Of a DNA stretch of 64,000 nucleotides, positions 28,349-37,498 are shown in pieces; the stretch's first letter is position 1, and each line of letters begins with the position of its first letter. Where the stretch lies: the NCBI GenBank assembly GCA_903824595.1, contig CAIJXH010000002.1, forward strand, positions 7,209-71,208, written 5' to 3'. The notes under the pieces are model-generated. The model ran no database searches, was not told where the DNA came from, and saw only the letters and a program-made list of their open reading frames with translations. This DNA is from an uncultured bacterium. Its GTDB lineage: Bacteria > Patescibacteriota > Minisyncoccia > Phycocordibacterales > UBA2100. The position numbers and the translations under genes are program-made.

Positions 28349-29365
28349 TCAATCTTTCGATTCCGAACTCGGCGTCGGCACACCCGCACCCCTACGCAAT
28401 ATCGCAGCCGCATCAAGCAGTGTGTTGTTTGAGCGCACAAATGTCTCTTCTGAGCGTCCACGCAACACACTGACGCGATCAAGCGCTTCGGCGAGCGTCA
28501 TTTTCTCGCCTCGTCCAGATGCTTCCGTCACAATTTCTTTGGCAAGCGCAATTGCCGTGTGCACATCCGCCATTTCCGCTGTACGTTGCTGTTTTTCGAT
28601 CGCTCCACGCTCGGCATTTTTCTTCAGATCGCCTTCCGCTTCCACATTAGTGACATTGAGTCGGCGAATCTTGATTCCGAGATCGTGAATATCCGCAACG
28701 CCATTTTCGAGTGCCGATCGAAGGAATGTCTTTGCCGTATTTTCACTCGTAACCTGTTGGTCACTCACGCCGACCAATTCTTCAACAAGGAGCGCGGATA
28801 GCGTGTACTGACCAAGTGTCAGCTCCTCCCACGTCAATGTTGCACCATGCTGCCGTACCACCTCCTCAACCATATCTTCGAGAATCTTGTTGATCTTTGG
28901 GCGTCTGCCTCGATCCTGAAACTTCCTGAAACTCGCTGGACTGGTTGTATCGGGTACATAAACGACAGATACGTTCACGGTTACCGCGCCTCCACTGGCT
29001 TTCTCACCATCTTTGCTCAAGAGACACCGCACACCTTTTACTTCGATATCCATTTCTTCAGGTGTGATCTGCTCAACGATTAGCGTCTCAATGAATGGGA
29101 GAAGAAATACCCACCCTTCCCTTATTACTTCGTCGCAACGTCCACCAAGAAATGTAGGCGTCGCAACACTGGGAGGATTTGCAGACACCTCGTCGTAGCA
29201 CACAATAGCCAAAAGAGCAAAAACAAGAAGCAGCATGAGGCCAATAAACCATGGGAGTCTCGGGATCAAGAACAATGACACCGATGATGCCAACAAAACA
29301 AACAGTATCCACTCAGCAAAAGTCCTCGGCATGATCGCCTCCATCGGATTGGAACATTCCCTCAC
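28349..29365 (-). CDS. SPFH/band-7 (prohibitin/flotillin-like) membrane protein
   Basis: N-terminal TM helices are followed by an SPFH-like domain and a coiled-coil tail (KKNAERGAIEKQQRTAEMADVHTAIALAKE). Confidence 0.65.
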   Translation of the reverse strand: MRECSNPMEAIMPRTFAEWILFVLLASSVSLFLIPRLPWFIGLMLLLVFALLAIVCYDEVSANPPSVATPTFLGGRCDEVIREGWVFLLPFIETLIVEQITPEEMDIEVKGVRCLLSKDGEKASGGAVTVNVSVVYVPDTTSPASFRKFQDRGRRPKINKILEDMVEEVVRQHGATLTWEELTLGQYTLSALLVEELVGVSDQQVTSENTAKTFLRSALENGVADIHDLGIKIRRLNVTNVEAEGDLKKNAERGAIEKQQRTAEMADVHTAIALAKEIVTEASGRGEKMTLAEALDRVSVLRGRSEETFVRSNNTLLDAAAILRRGAGVPTPSSESKD

Positions 29366-29518
29366 AGGGGATTTTTCTGCGGCGCATTATACAATAAAAT
29401 ATACAAAATGAAAACCCCGCGATATAGATCAAAATAACTGTTACCCAAACCCCTCCGGATAGATCAAAATTCGGTTTGTGGGGTCTGACCCCAAACATGA
29501 TGACCCCAAACATCAAAC

Positions 29519-30583
29519 ATGACGACGTATACAATATATGTCATACTTGACATTATGAATGTCGATGTACTGACAAACACGGCTCGCGCGATGGTTGCTC
29601 ATGGTAAAGGCATTATCGCCGCCGACGAGAGTATCGACACCTGTAAAAAGCGTTTCGACGCGGTCGGATTGGAATGCACTGAAGAGAATCGCCGCTTATA
29701 CCGCCAAATCATTCTCACCGCACCGAAAATCGAGCAGTACGTGAGCGGCATTATTCTCTTCGACGAAACAATACGCCAAAAAAACGATGAGGGGATTCCA
29801 TTTGTCGACATACTCACGGCGCGCGGCATCCTCCCTGGCATCAAGGTAGACACAGGAACCTCCGCGCTTGCATTACACGAGAGAGAAAGCATAACGAATG
29901 GACTTGATGGTTTGAGAGAACGTCTTGCCGAATATGCGACATATGGCGCGCGATTTGCAAAATGGCGCGCCGTCATCGCCATCGATGCTGATATTCCATC
30001 AGAAGCATGCATCAAAGCAAATGCGCTCGCGCTCGCGCACTATGCAGCACTCTGTCAGGAAGCACATATCGTCCCCATCGTCGAACCAGAAGTCCTCATG
30101 ACGGGAGATCACACGATCGAGAGATGCGCCGAAGTGACTGAACATGTGCTAGAAGAAACAGGTGAGGAACTTTCGCGACAGGGAGTCGCCATCGGTGGCA
30201 TTATCCTCAAACCAAGCATGGTGATCGCAGGCAGCAATGCCGCAAATCAATCTACCCCGAAAGAGGTCGCTGATTTCACGGTGCGCGTCCTCAGCGCAAC
30301 AGTCCCCCGCGAGCTTCCCGGTATCACGTTTCTCTCTGGCGGTCAGAGCGACGAACAAGCAACCGCCAATCTACAGGCGATGAATGCGCTCGGCACACAT
30401 CCATGGAAACTCTCGTTCTCATACGGGCGCGCCATCCAAAACCCCGCTCTCGCCATCTGGGCATCAGACACTCAAGAAAACGTCGCAAAAGCACAAGAAG
30501 CACTCCTCTTCCGTTGCAAAATGAACTCGCTCGCTGCCCAAGGAACATACGACGCGTCGATGGAAGAATCGCGCACCTACTGA
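29519..30583 (+). CDS. fba: fructose-bisphosphate aldolase, class I
   Basis: The protein has class I FBA signatures (GKGIIAADESIDTCKKRF, the Schiff-base lysine region ...IILKPSMV..., LSGGQSDEQAT). An alternative start exists at MNVDVLTN (29555). Confidence 0.85.
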   Translation: MTTYTIYVILDIMNVDVLTNTARAMVAHGKGIIAADESIDTCKKRFDAVGLECTEENRRLYRQIILTAPKIEQYVSGIILFDETIRQKNDEGIPFVDILTARGILPGIKVDTGTSALALHERESITNGLDGLRERLAEYATYGARFAKWRAVIAIDADIPSEACIKANALALAHYAALCQEAHIVPIVEPEVLMTGDHTIERCAEVTEHVLEETGEELSRQGVAIGGIILKPSMVIAGSNAANQSTPKEVADFTVRVLSATVPRELPGITFLSGGQSDEQATANLQAMNALGTHPWKLSFSYGRAIQNPALAIWASDTQENVAKAQEALLFRCKMNSLAAQGTYDASMEESRTY

Positions 30584-30598
30584 CTGACAAACCTCTTG

Positions 30599-30671
30599 TG
30601 CTTGGGGCCGGGGTCGAACCGGCGACCCTTCCCTCTTCAGGGGAATGCTCTACCAACTGAGCTACCCAAGC
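30599..30671 (-). tRNA. tRNA-Phe (anticodon GAA)
   Basis: The reverse complement GCTTGGGTAGCTCAGTTGGTAGAGCATTCCCCTGAAGAGGGAAGGGTCGCCGGTTCGACCCCGGCCCCAAGCA folds as a perfect cloverleaf with anticodon loop CTGAAGA. Confidence 0.9.
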
Positions 30672-30705
30672 ATCCACCTCACTCTACCACAAAGCAATTT
30701 TTTGT

Positions 30706-32457
30706 TCATCTGTCTGGCGGAATTGCATAGTAGTTTATGAGATATCGCGCCAAGGAGTCGAACGGATGTGCGAGAGATGCCGATGCATATTCAACACCAT
30801 GCGGCTCAACCGCAAACAAAAAGATAATAAATTTCGGATCATGCGCGGGGAAATATCCAAAAAATGAATGAAGATAGCGATCGGTATAATATCCACCTCC
30901 GCCAGGTATCGCGATTTGCGCCGTGCCTGTTTTTGCCGCAATCGAATAATGCTCTTGTTTTATCGCACCCTTGAGGAGAGCATTGTCATACACACGCACG
31001 AGCATCGTCGTAACGGCATCCACGCTGTCAGGCTTGAGTACGCGACGCCCTTGTTCTAGAGAAACTTCACGCGTTATCCCGCTCTCAAACTGTACCGCCT
31101 TGACGATATGAGGACGCGGCAACACTCCACCGTTGGCGAGCGCCGCAAGCGCCCTAATCATCTCAACACCCGTGACGGCGACACCTTGTCCGAATGAAGC
31201 ACTCGCATAATCAACATCATACCCATGGTCAATCGCGCGAATATTTCCCATTGCCTCGCTCGGAACATCGACCCCCGTTTTCTCGCCCAAACCATATGCG
31301 TGCATATAGTTGCCAAAGATAGTATGCCCCATCGTATCTACGATAAATGTAACGCCGAGATTGAGTGATTGACTCAATATTTCTTGCATCAAAACCCGCC
31401 CGCGCGCCTTGCCATCGTAATTACAGATCTTTTTGCCGCTACGCTCGATACAACCCGTATCATCGTACATCGTATTGGGATTGATCGCTCCCGTATCAAT
31501 GCCCGCCGCCATCGTCAATGGCTTCATGATAGAACCCATCTCGTAATCGCCCTCAACGAGCTGATTGCTAAATAGTGAAACGTTGTCGATGGTATTGTAT
31601 GTATTTGGATCAAAACCAGGTCGTTCTCCCATTGCATATATCTCACCCGTGTGCGGATCCATAATAATACCGCCCGCGATTTTCGGGGTGTACGTTTTCA
31701 TGACTCCATCAAGAGTTTCTTCGAGTTCACGTTGCACCGATGGTTCGATTGACGTGATAATGTTTCCCGTGTGCGCAGCGGGATCAAAAGACAACGCCGA
31801 CTGCACATTTGCGAATATTTCAGCGAACGGATTCACCGCCGTACCGGACACTGTCTCGGCTAGAGTATCTTGCCACGAGCGCTCCAATCCATACACACCC
31901 ACGCGCGCATTCCCCTGATATCCGACAAATCCAATCACATGACCAGCCAGTTCACCCGCAGGATACATACGCCACTGATCTTGCACAGGAATGACGCCGG
32001 GCAGTTTTGCCGCATTGATCTTTGTCATGGCGCTATCAGACACATGAAATGCTATTTCTTCATAGGGATCGTCTTTTTTTGCAAGAGCAGCATCATAGCG
32101 CGCCCGATCTATCGGCGTAGCCGCATTGAGTACGGCATACGTCCGTTCCGCATCAACAATATCTCCCGGCTTGAGCGCAACGCGCCATCCCGTCTGTGTT
32201 ACCGCCGCCGCAACAAGTGATCCATCTTTTTGAGTGAAAAAAATGTCATGACGATAAATAGTATCCGGACCTTGATTGACATACTGCCCCATCGCCTGTC
32301 GACTATAATCTTCTCCGTGAACTAGCTGTATGAAATAAAGACGAACAATAAGCAGTGCCGCAACAAGAATGAAAAGACCCGACAAAAATCGGGTCCGCGT
32401 GACGATGTTAGATTTCATTGTGTGGAACCGATAGAGAAGCCGCGGCAGCATTGCCAA
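30706..32457 (-). CDS. ftsI: penicillin-binding protein 2 / FtsI-type peptidoglycan D,D-transpeptidase
   Basis: A 583 aa protein with an N-terminal TM segment, a PBP dimerisation domain and a transpeptidase domain (SIMKP; KTG motif AAKTGTAQ). Confidence 0.85.
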   Translation of the reverse strand: MAMLPRLLYRFHTMKSNIVTRTRFLSGLFILVAALLIVRLYFIQLVHGEDYSRQAMGQYVNQGPDTIYRHDIFFTQKDGSLVAAAVTQTGWRVALKPGDIVDAERTYAVLNAATPIDRARYDAALAKKDDPYEEIAFHVSDSAMTKINAAKLPGVIPVQDQWRMYPAGELAGHVIGFVGYQGNARVGVYGLERSWQDTLAETVSGTAVNPFAEIFANVQSALSFDPAAHTGNIITSIEPSVQRELEETLDGVMKTYTPKIAGGIIMDPHTGEIYAMGERPGFDPNTYNTIDNVSLFSNQLVEGDYEMGSIMKPLTMAAGIDTGAINPNTMYDDTGCIERSGKKICNYDGKARGRVLMQEILSQSLNLGVTFIVDTMGHTIFGNYMHAYGLGEKTGVDVPSEAMGNIRAIDHGYDVDYASASFGQGVAVTGVEMIRALAALANGGVLPRPHIVKAVQFESGITREVSLEQGRRVLKPDSVDAVTTMLVRVYDNALLKGAIKQEHYSIAAKTGTAQIAIPGGGGYYTDRYLHSFFGYFPAHDPKFIIFLFAVEPHGVEYASASLAHPFDSLARYLINYYAIPPDR

Positions 32458-32815
32458 GACGATGCACGTATGCCACGTGCGCCACGGGTACTAGTCCGAG
32501 TTCGCCTGCCGACTCAGGTGATATACCCGCAGATGCAGCAAAATATGCACGCTCTAACTCCGACACATCGGTCGAGAGATGCGTTGTGTGCACGGCAGTC
32601 TCCCGACGCGCCACGACGTTGAGCACGGTCGCGCTGACGAGATACACATAACAAAACGCGAGACAAATCAACGCGCCCGCCAGAACTCGCAACATCATAC
32701 GTTCAGCAGGATGTTCGATAGTGAGCGAAAATCCTTTTGGCGCCACAAACACAAGCCTCCCCTGAAACACGGAGGGCGTATATCTAGACATGCGCGTATT
32801 GACACGAGATCCCAT
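32408..32815 (-). CDS. FtsL-like single-pass membrane cell-division protein (hypothetical)
   Basis: This small protein with one TM helix (MMLRVLAGALICLAFCYVYLV) sits between rsmH and ftsI, where ftsL normally lies. The start was placed at an internal Met to avoid the rsmH overlap and is uncertain. Confidence 0.45.
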   Translation of the reverse strand: MGSRVNTRMSRYTPSVFQGRLVFVAPKGFSLTIEHPAERMMLRVLAGALICLAFCYVYLVSATVLNVVARRETAVHTTHLSTDVSELERAYFAASAGISPESAGELGLVPVAHVAYVHRLGNAAAASLSVPHNEI

Positions 32816-32825
32816 GATATAAAAA

Positions 32826-33773
32826 TTAGGTGCTGATTTTTTGGATGATTCGTAATTTCGCGCTCCTTGCGCGAGGATTCTGCGCCAATTCTCCCGCACT
32901 CGCAACAATCGGCTTTTTTGTGATACGCATACCAACTCCGCTGTCTTCCCATTCCGCATACTGTCTTTTCACCACCCTATCTTCGATGCTGTGGAACGAT
33001 ATAACTGCAATACGTCCATCTGGCACCATAAGATTCCACGCACGTCTAAGACCTTCCGAGAGCGCGCCAAGTTCGTCATTTACCGCAATGCGCAGCGCTT
33101 GAAACGTTTTAGTAGCTGGATGAATACGTCCGTGACGCGCCGACCCAGGTACCGCCAAGCGAACGATTTCCGCCAATTCACCAGATGTCTTGATGAGTCG
33201 CCGCTGCCTCGCGTCAACGATAGAGCGCGCTATCCGTCGGGCATATCGCTCCTCGCCCCAGCCATAAATGACATCGGCAATACTTTCTTCAGCCCATTCA
33301 TTCACAATAATCGCAGCAGTAAGCGGTCGCAGTCCCGTTGGCGCATACGTCATCGCGAGCGGCTCATCGCGCAGGAAAGAAAAACCTCTCCCTGCATCCA
33401 ACTGATACGAGCTCCACCCGAGATCGAACACCGCTTTCGAAATCATCTCGATACCGAGTCGCGATAGCTCGTGTGAAATGGTACGAAAGTCGGCATTCAC
33501 GAGATGCACTTGCGGTCGTGCGCCCGAAAGCGCATCTCGTGCCCGCTCAATCGCATCAGGATCCAGATCGAAACCGATCAAGACACCATCCGCCCCGAGC
33601 TTCTCCGCAATCGCGCGGGCGTGCCCCGCGCCACCGAGGGTCGCATCGACGACACAGTCGTCAGAAGCAATCGCCAACGATTCAAGAGTCTCATGTAAAA
33701 GAACAGGGATATGACGATCGACGTTGCCTGACAACGTCGGATCGCTGGAAGATTGTGAGCGTCGTGTGCGCAT
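32826..33773 (-). CDS. rsmH: 16S rRNA (cytosine1402-N4)-methyltransferase
   Basis: A 315 aa protein with MraW/RsmH motifs (VDATLGGAGHA, GVLIGFDLDPDAI, ISFHSIEDR). Confidence 0.9.
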   Translation of the reverse strand: MRTRRSQSSSDPTLSGNVDRHIPVLLHETLESLAIASDDCVVDATLGGAGHARAIAEKLGADGVLIGFDLDPDAIERARDALSGARPQVHLVNADFRTISHELSRLGIEMISKAVFDLGWSSYQLDAGRGFSFLRDEPLAMTYAPTGLRPLTAAIIVNEWAEESIADVIYGWGEERYARRIARSIVDARQRRLIKTSGELAEIVRLAVPGSARHGRIHPATKTFQALRIAVNDELGALSEGLRRAWNLMVPDGRIAVISFHSIEDRVVKRQYAEWEDSGVGMRITKKPIVASAGELAQNPRARSAKLRIIQKIST

Positions 33774-33831
33774 GACGATGTTGATCCTCCAGCTATCCGA
33801 TGCAATCAGACCTTCGGTTTTTGGACATACT

Positions 33832-34266
33832 CTAAAAAGCGCCTATCTCTCCAAGCTTCTCTGCAAGCGCATCCGCATTCTTTTCGATACGCTGCTTGTA
33901 GCTCTTCCATGCCTCTTTGTCCCAAATCTCGACCCGATCCGACACGCCCGCAAAGACAACATCCCGCTTCAATCCGGCAAATTCTTTCTGATGGTCCGGA
34001 ATGAGAATGCGCCCCGCGCCATCGGCTTCCACTTCCGCCGCACCCGAAAGAATGAAGCGACTGAAGCCGCGCGTGTCTGCCTGCGTGAAGGAAAGCGCGT
34101 CGAGCTTGCTTGCGACTTTCTCCCAGCCATTTCGCGGGTAGACGAAGAGACAATTATCAAGACCGCGCGTAATCACCATCTTTTTTCCAAGCGCCGATCG
34201 AAATGCCTTCGGAAGCATCACTCGTTTCTTTTCGTCCAACGTGTGTTCGTATTCGCCGATAAGCAT
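33832..34266 (-). CDS. mraZ: transcriptional regulator MraZ
   Basis: The protein has the two MraZ repeats (LDEKKRVMLP, ...GRILIPDHQKEFAGL...). The start was set at the internal Met MLIGEYEH matching MraZ N-termini, because the longer ORF adds an unsupported 34-aa extension. Confidence 0.85.
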   Translation of the reverse strand: MLIGEYEHTLDEKKRVMLPKAFRSALGKKMVITRGLDNCLFVYPRNGWEKVASKLDALSFTQADTRGFSRFILSGAAEVEADGAGRILIPDHQKEFAGLKRDVVFAGVSDRVEIWDKEAWKSYKQRIEKNADALAEKLGEIGAF

Positions 34267-34408
34267 AAAATTATTTACCACTTTTTCCCACTGCAATGGA
34301 GTATATACCACTATACCCCACCGCAAGACAGTTATCCACACTTCGACTCGCTCCATGGATATTCTCAATAAAAAATCCGGCTTGGCGCACTACCAAGCCG
34401 GATAACAC

Positions 34409-34627
34409 TTACAAAAGATCAACCTCCAGTGCGACTTTCTTCTTTTTTGGGCCGACCGTACCCACCTCAAAGGTCACGTCGAGCCCTTCGAGAAGTGTTA
34501 CCTCTCGGCGATACGACCGAACTTCGAGCGTCTCTTTGCCCCTGGAGCCGTCCAAATTATATGCACGGACTTTCCAAGAATTTCGAAAGGGTCCGACCAC
34601 AAACCCTTCGAATCTTTCTTGACTCAT
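34409..34627 (-). CDS. hypothetical small protein (72 aa)
   Basis: A GAAGGAG RBS lies 6 nt upstream of the second ATG (34627). The gene's start overlaps the 3' end of the upstream LysM-like ORF, and no family was recognised. Confidence 0.4.
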   Translation of the reverse strand: MSQERFEGFVVGPFRNSWKVRAYNLDGSRGKETLEVRSYRREVTLLEGLDVTFEVGTVGPKKKKVALEVDLL

Positions 34628-35024
34628 GCTCATCTCCTTCTGTGAAGGAGGAAAATTTACAAACGACCGTGAGGTCGTCTAAAATTTTTACTCCCTTCAA
34701 CTTCTCGAGCCCACGAAACTGCTCGTGGGCCAACCCCCAAAACATGTCTCCTGGGCGGATTATTTCCGCCATTCTCTCTGCCATATATGCCCTCATGCGG
34801 GCATCTTGTGCATGCCCGAGCATATGATGCTCGGAAAACGTCTCGGCATCGAGACGCAATTGGGACGCCCTTCTCCTTGTCTCCGCAACCTCCCGATGAA
34901 ACATCATCAGGAGCATTTCGGCATGATGAAGTCGTCCTACGACGACTTCATCACTTCCAATCTCAATGGCGACTTTTTGTTCCAGAAAGAATCCGTCGTC
35001 CATCCCTTTGTGCCTTTTTTCCAC
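34557..35024 (-). CDS. hypothetical protein with a LysM-like peptidoglycan-binding motif
   Basis: The stretch ...IIRPGDMFWGLAHEQF...KILDDLTVV resembles the LysM GDTLWxIA core. The ORF overlaps the downstream small ORF by about 70 nt, so either the call or the stop context is uncertain. Confidence 0.4.
   Translation of the reverse strand: MEKRHKGMDDGFFLEQKVAIEIGSDEVVVGRLHHAEMLLMMFHREVAETRRRASQLRLDAETFSEHHMLGHAQDARMRAYMAERMAEIIRPGDMFWGLAHEQFRGLEKLKGVKILDDLTVVCKFSSFTEGDEHESRKIRRVCGRTLSKFLESPCI
34634..34650. promoter_or_regulatory. perfect 7-bp/3-nt-loop hairpin CTCCTTC-TGT-GAAGGAG that contains the RBS of the 34409..34627 gene
   Basis: The Shine-Dalgarno sequence is sequestered in a palindrome, and the site lies inside the 3' end of the upstream LysM-like ORF. 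Confidence 0.35.
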
Positions 35025-35121
35025 TGAACATTTCCGGCCAATCCGGAAACGCAGTGCGGCATTTGTAACACGATGCGCGCCTATCTGTCAAACATGTCGT
35101 GATGTGGTACTTTTGTCGGAC

Positions 35122-36738
35122 ATGCTGACGATCCTGAAGCACGCCACCGATGAAGCGCTTGCCGACATACGCAATGAAATGCGTGTGCGCCAAACGACGA
35201 AGTTCATTCTGCTATTTTCTATGGGCAGCCAGTTTGATCACCTCATCGTGCGGCAGCTCGCCACGCTCGGCATCTACTGCGTCGTCGCCGACCCGTCGAG
35301 CGTGACGGCGGATGATGTGAAAAAAGCCGCTCCGGCGGGCATTATCGTCTCCGGTGGCCCTGCATCGGTGTACAACGAGCCGCCGCCGTTTGACGGCGCG
35401 ATTTTCGATCTCGGCATTCCCACCTTCGGCATCTGTCTCGGATTTCAGATGTTGGCACAGCGTGTGGGCGCGAGCGTCACCCCGCAAACGAAACGTGAAT
35501 TCGGCGTGCACACCTTCCGCGCAGCCGGCAACGATCCGCTTTTCGATGGAGTAGCGCGCGAGACGCAGGTGCTCGAGAGCCATGGCGATGCGGTCAATGC
35601 CGATGCGTCGTTTGACATACTAGGCACCACCGAGAATGCTCCCGTCGCCGCAGGTCGGCACAAGCATCTCTGGGGCGTGCAGTTCCACCCAGAAGTTACC
35701 GATTCACTGGAAGGCATGAAGATGTTTGAAAATTTCTGCGTGAAGATATGCGGCATCACCGACCGCTTCCCCGCACACAGCGTCGCCGAACAAAAAATCG
35801 CCGCGCTCAAAAAGCAGGTCGCCGGCAAAAAAGTCTTGATCGCTCTTTCCGGCGGCTCCGATTCCTCCGTCGTTGCCTATCTCCTCAAAGCCGCTCTCTC
35901 GCAAGAAAATCCGAGAGGTGACACCTCTCGGATGACAGGGATATATATTCGTGGCATAGACAGACCAGATGATGAGGCGTACGTGCAAAAATACTTCGGC
36001 ACTCAGGACTGGATTGAGGTGAAGATTTGCGATGCGACCGATCGTTTCCTCGAGGTATTGAGAGGAAAACTCACCATGCCCGAAAAACGCCTCGCCATGC
36101 GCGGCGTGTACAAAAACGTACTCGAAACCGAGATCGAAAAGATGGGTGCCGATTTCATCGCGCAAGGCACACTCTACACCGATCTCGTGGAAAGCGGGCA
36201 CGGGCACGACACCGGCGCTCGGCGCGCGCAGATAAAATTGCATCACAACACTGATCTCGGATTTTCCGTCCCCGAGCTCTCTCCGCTCGAGACCGAGGTG
36301 AAAGATTCCGCGCGATCGATCGGTCGCGACATCGGAGTGCCCGAAGATTTGCTCATCCGCCACCCATTCCCCGGACCGGGCTTAGTGGTGCGCATCGAGG
36401 GCGAGGTCAACGCCGAGACGCTCGCGATCGCCCGCGCCGCCGACGGGATCTACGTGGAAGAGCTGCGCGCGGCGGGGTTGTACCCAAGCGTGTGGCAAGC
36501 AGGTGCCACGCTCACCCGCTCCGAGCACTCGGTATCCAAAGGCGACGACGCGGGCACCGGGCACGTGCTCGCGCTCTGGGCAGTGTGGAGTGTGAATGGA
36601 TTTACTGCGCGTTTTGCCGAGCTTCCCTACGATTTCCTCGCCCGCGTATCGCGCCGCATCACCAACGAAATCCGCGCCGTCGGCGCCGTCGTCTACCGCA
36701 TCTCCGACAAACCGCCCGCGACGATCGAATGGGGGTGA
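35122..36738 (+). CDS. guaA: GMP synthase (glutamine-hydrolysing); contains an in-frame palindromic element
   Basis: A GATase-1 domain (GICLGFQ, HPE) and an ATP-PPase domain (SGGSDSSV) are present. The start was set at MLTILKH to match GuaA N-termini. The palindrome at 35909-35933 is translated as ENPRGDTSRM inside the PP-loop domain. Confidence 0.9.
   Translation: MLTILKHATDEALADIRNEMRVRQTTKFILLFSMGSQFDHLIVRQLATLGIYCVVADPSSVTADDVKKAAPAGIIVSGGPASVYNEPPPFDGAIFDLGIPTFGICLGFQMLAQRVGASVTPQTKREFGVHTFRAAGNDPLFDGVARETQVLESHGDAVNADASFDILGTTENAPVAAGRHKHLWGVQFHPEVTDSLEGMKMFENFCVKICGITDRFPAHSVAEQKIAALKKQVAGKKVLIALSGGSDSSVVAYLLKAALSQENPRGDTSRMTGIYIRGIDRPDDEAYVQKYFGTQDWIEVKICDATDRFLEVLRGKLTMPEKRLAMRGVYKNVLETEIEKMGADFIAQGTLYTDLVESGHGHDTGARRAQIKLHHNTDLGFSVPELSPLETEVKDSARSIGRDIGVPEDLLIRHPFPGPGLVVRIEGEVNAETLAIARAADGIYVEELRAAGLYPSVWQAGATLTRSEHSVSKGDDAGTGHVLALWAVWSVNGFTARFAELPYDFLARVSRRITNEIRAVGAVVYRISDKPPATIEWG
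35909..35933. repeat. palindromic element copy 4, variant ATCCGAGAGG-TGACA-CCTCTCGGAT, in frame inside guaA
   Basis: Both arms carry complementary changes (T>G and A>C) relative to the other copies, so perfect pairing is preserved; this is a compensatory double substitution. Confidence 0.9.
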
Positions 36739-36844
36739 GATCGTACACAGGAATTCTCCATGTGCGTGCCATACAATCCTTGCACTTTCGTAGTTTTCAT
36801 GTACGTTTTCGAGTAGCATACATGTTCTTTTTTTGGAGGATGAG

Positions 36845-37453
36845 ATGACCGAGGCGTTCATTGCACAACTTACAGAACACGACCTCACGGAGGTTGCCGT
36901 GCATCACACTTTGAGACAGGTTCTAGGATACGGAGACGCACTATACATCACCGTTGAATCACCAGGCTCGTATCTTGAACATCGAAGTATGGCAAACCTA
37001 CTTGAGCGTTTTGACGAAGACGGGGATGAGGAAAAATACCACGAAATCTCAGGTAGATTTCTCGGGATTGCGCGCGCTCTCAACATACGTCTCAACATTG
37101 AGCCATACCTCAACGTGATCAGGAATGTGTCCGAGACTGGTTACAGGGATTTCGTCATAAGCCGTGGCTCATACCTCACTGCACTTATGGTGACAAAAAA
37201 ATTGGAGCATTTGGGATTTACACTGGTAGATTCGGCGACATTCATAAAGATGGATGCTCGCGGTGTTATCGATCGCGATGCAACAAAACTTGCGTGGCAA
37301 CAATTACGTGTCACCGGAAAATTGGTTATCCCTAGCACATATGGATCTAATCCTGATAAGTCTATACACATATGCAATTCAAGAACCGTAATAACAGCGC
37401 TCGCGGAACTACTCGCCAGTTCTGGAATGTACGAGCGAGTCGTCATCGTATAA
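36845..37453 (+). CDS. hypothetical protein (~200 aa)
   Basis: A GGAGG RBS lies 5 nt upstream of the ATG at 36845, and a hairpin plus T7 terminator follows. GC is lower than in the core genome. No family was recognised. Confidence 0.5.
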   Translation: MTEAFIAQLTEHDLTEVAVHHTLRQVLGYGDALYITVESPGSYLEHRSMANLLERFDEDGDEEKYHEISGRFLGIARALNIRLNIEPYLNVIRNVSETGYRDFVISRGSYLTALMVTKKLEHLGFTLVDSATFIKMDARGVIDRDATKLAWQQLRVTGKLVIPSTYGSNPDKSIHICNSRTVITALAELLASSGMYERVVIV

Positions 37454-37464
37454 CTCCACACGTC

Positions 37465-37498
37465 AACGCCCCATATCCATTATGGGGCGTTCTTTTTT
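37465..37498 (+). terminator. rho-independent terminator
   Basis: The hairpin aacgccccata-tccat-tatggggcgtt is followed by cTTTTTTat. Confidence 0.65.

Noticed and set aside
30324-30677. A 117-aa ORF on the minus strand (MDAWVAQLVEHSPEEGR...)
   Set aside because: The ORF is the translation of tRNA-Phe and its flanks. The peptide AQLVEHS... is the classic artefact of reading through a tRNA gene, so it is not a CDS.
32816-32959. Long form of the FtsL-like ORF starting at 32959 (MRNGKTAELV...)
   Set aside because: The long form would overlap the rsmH 3' end by about 130 nt. Internal Mets at 32815 or 32791 give a compact single-TM protein, but the true start remains uncertain.
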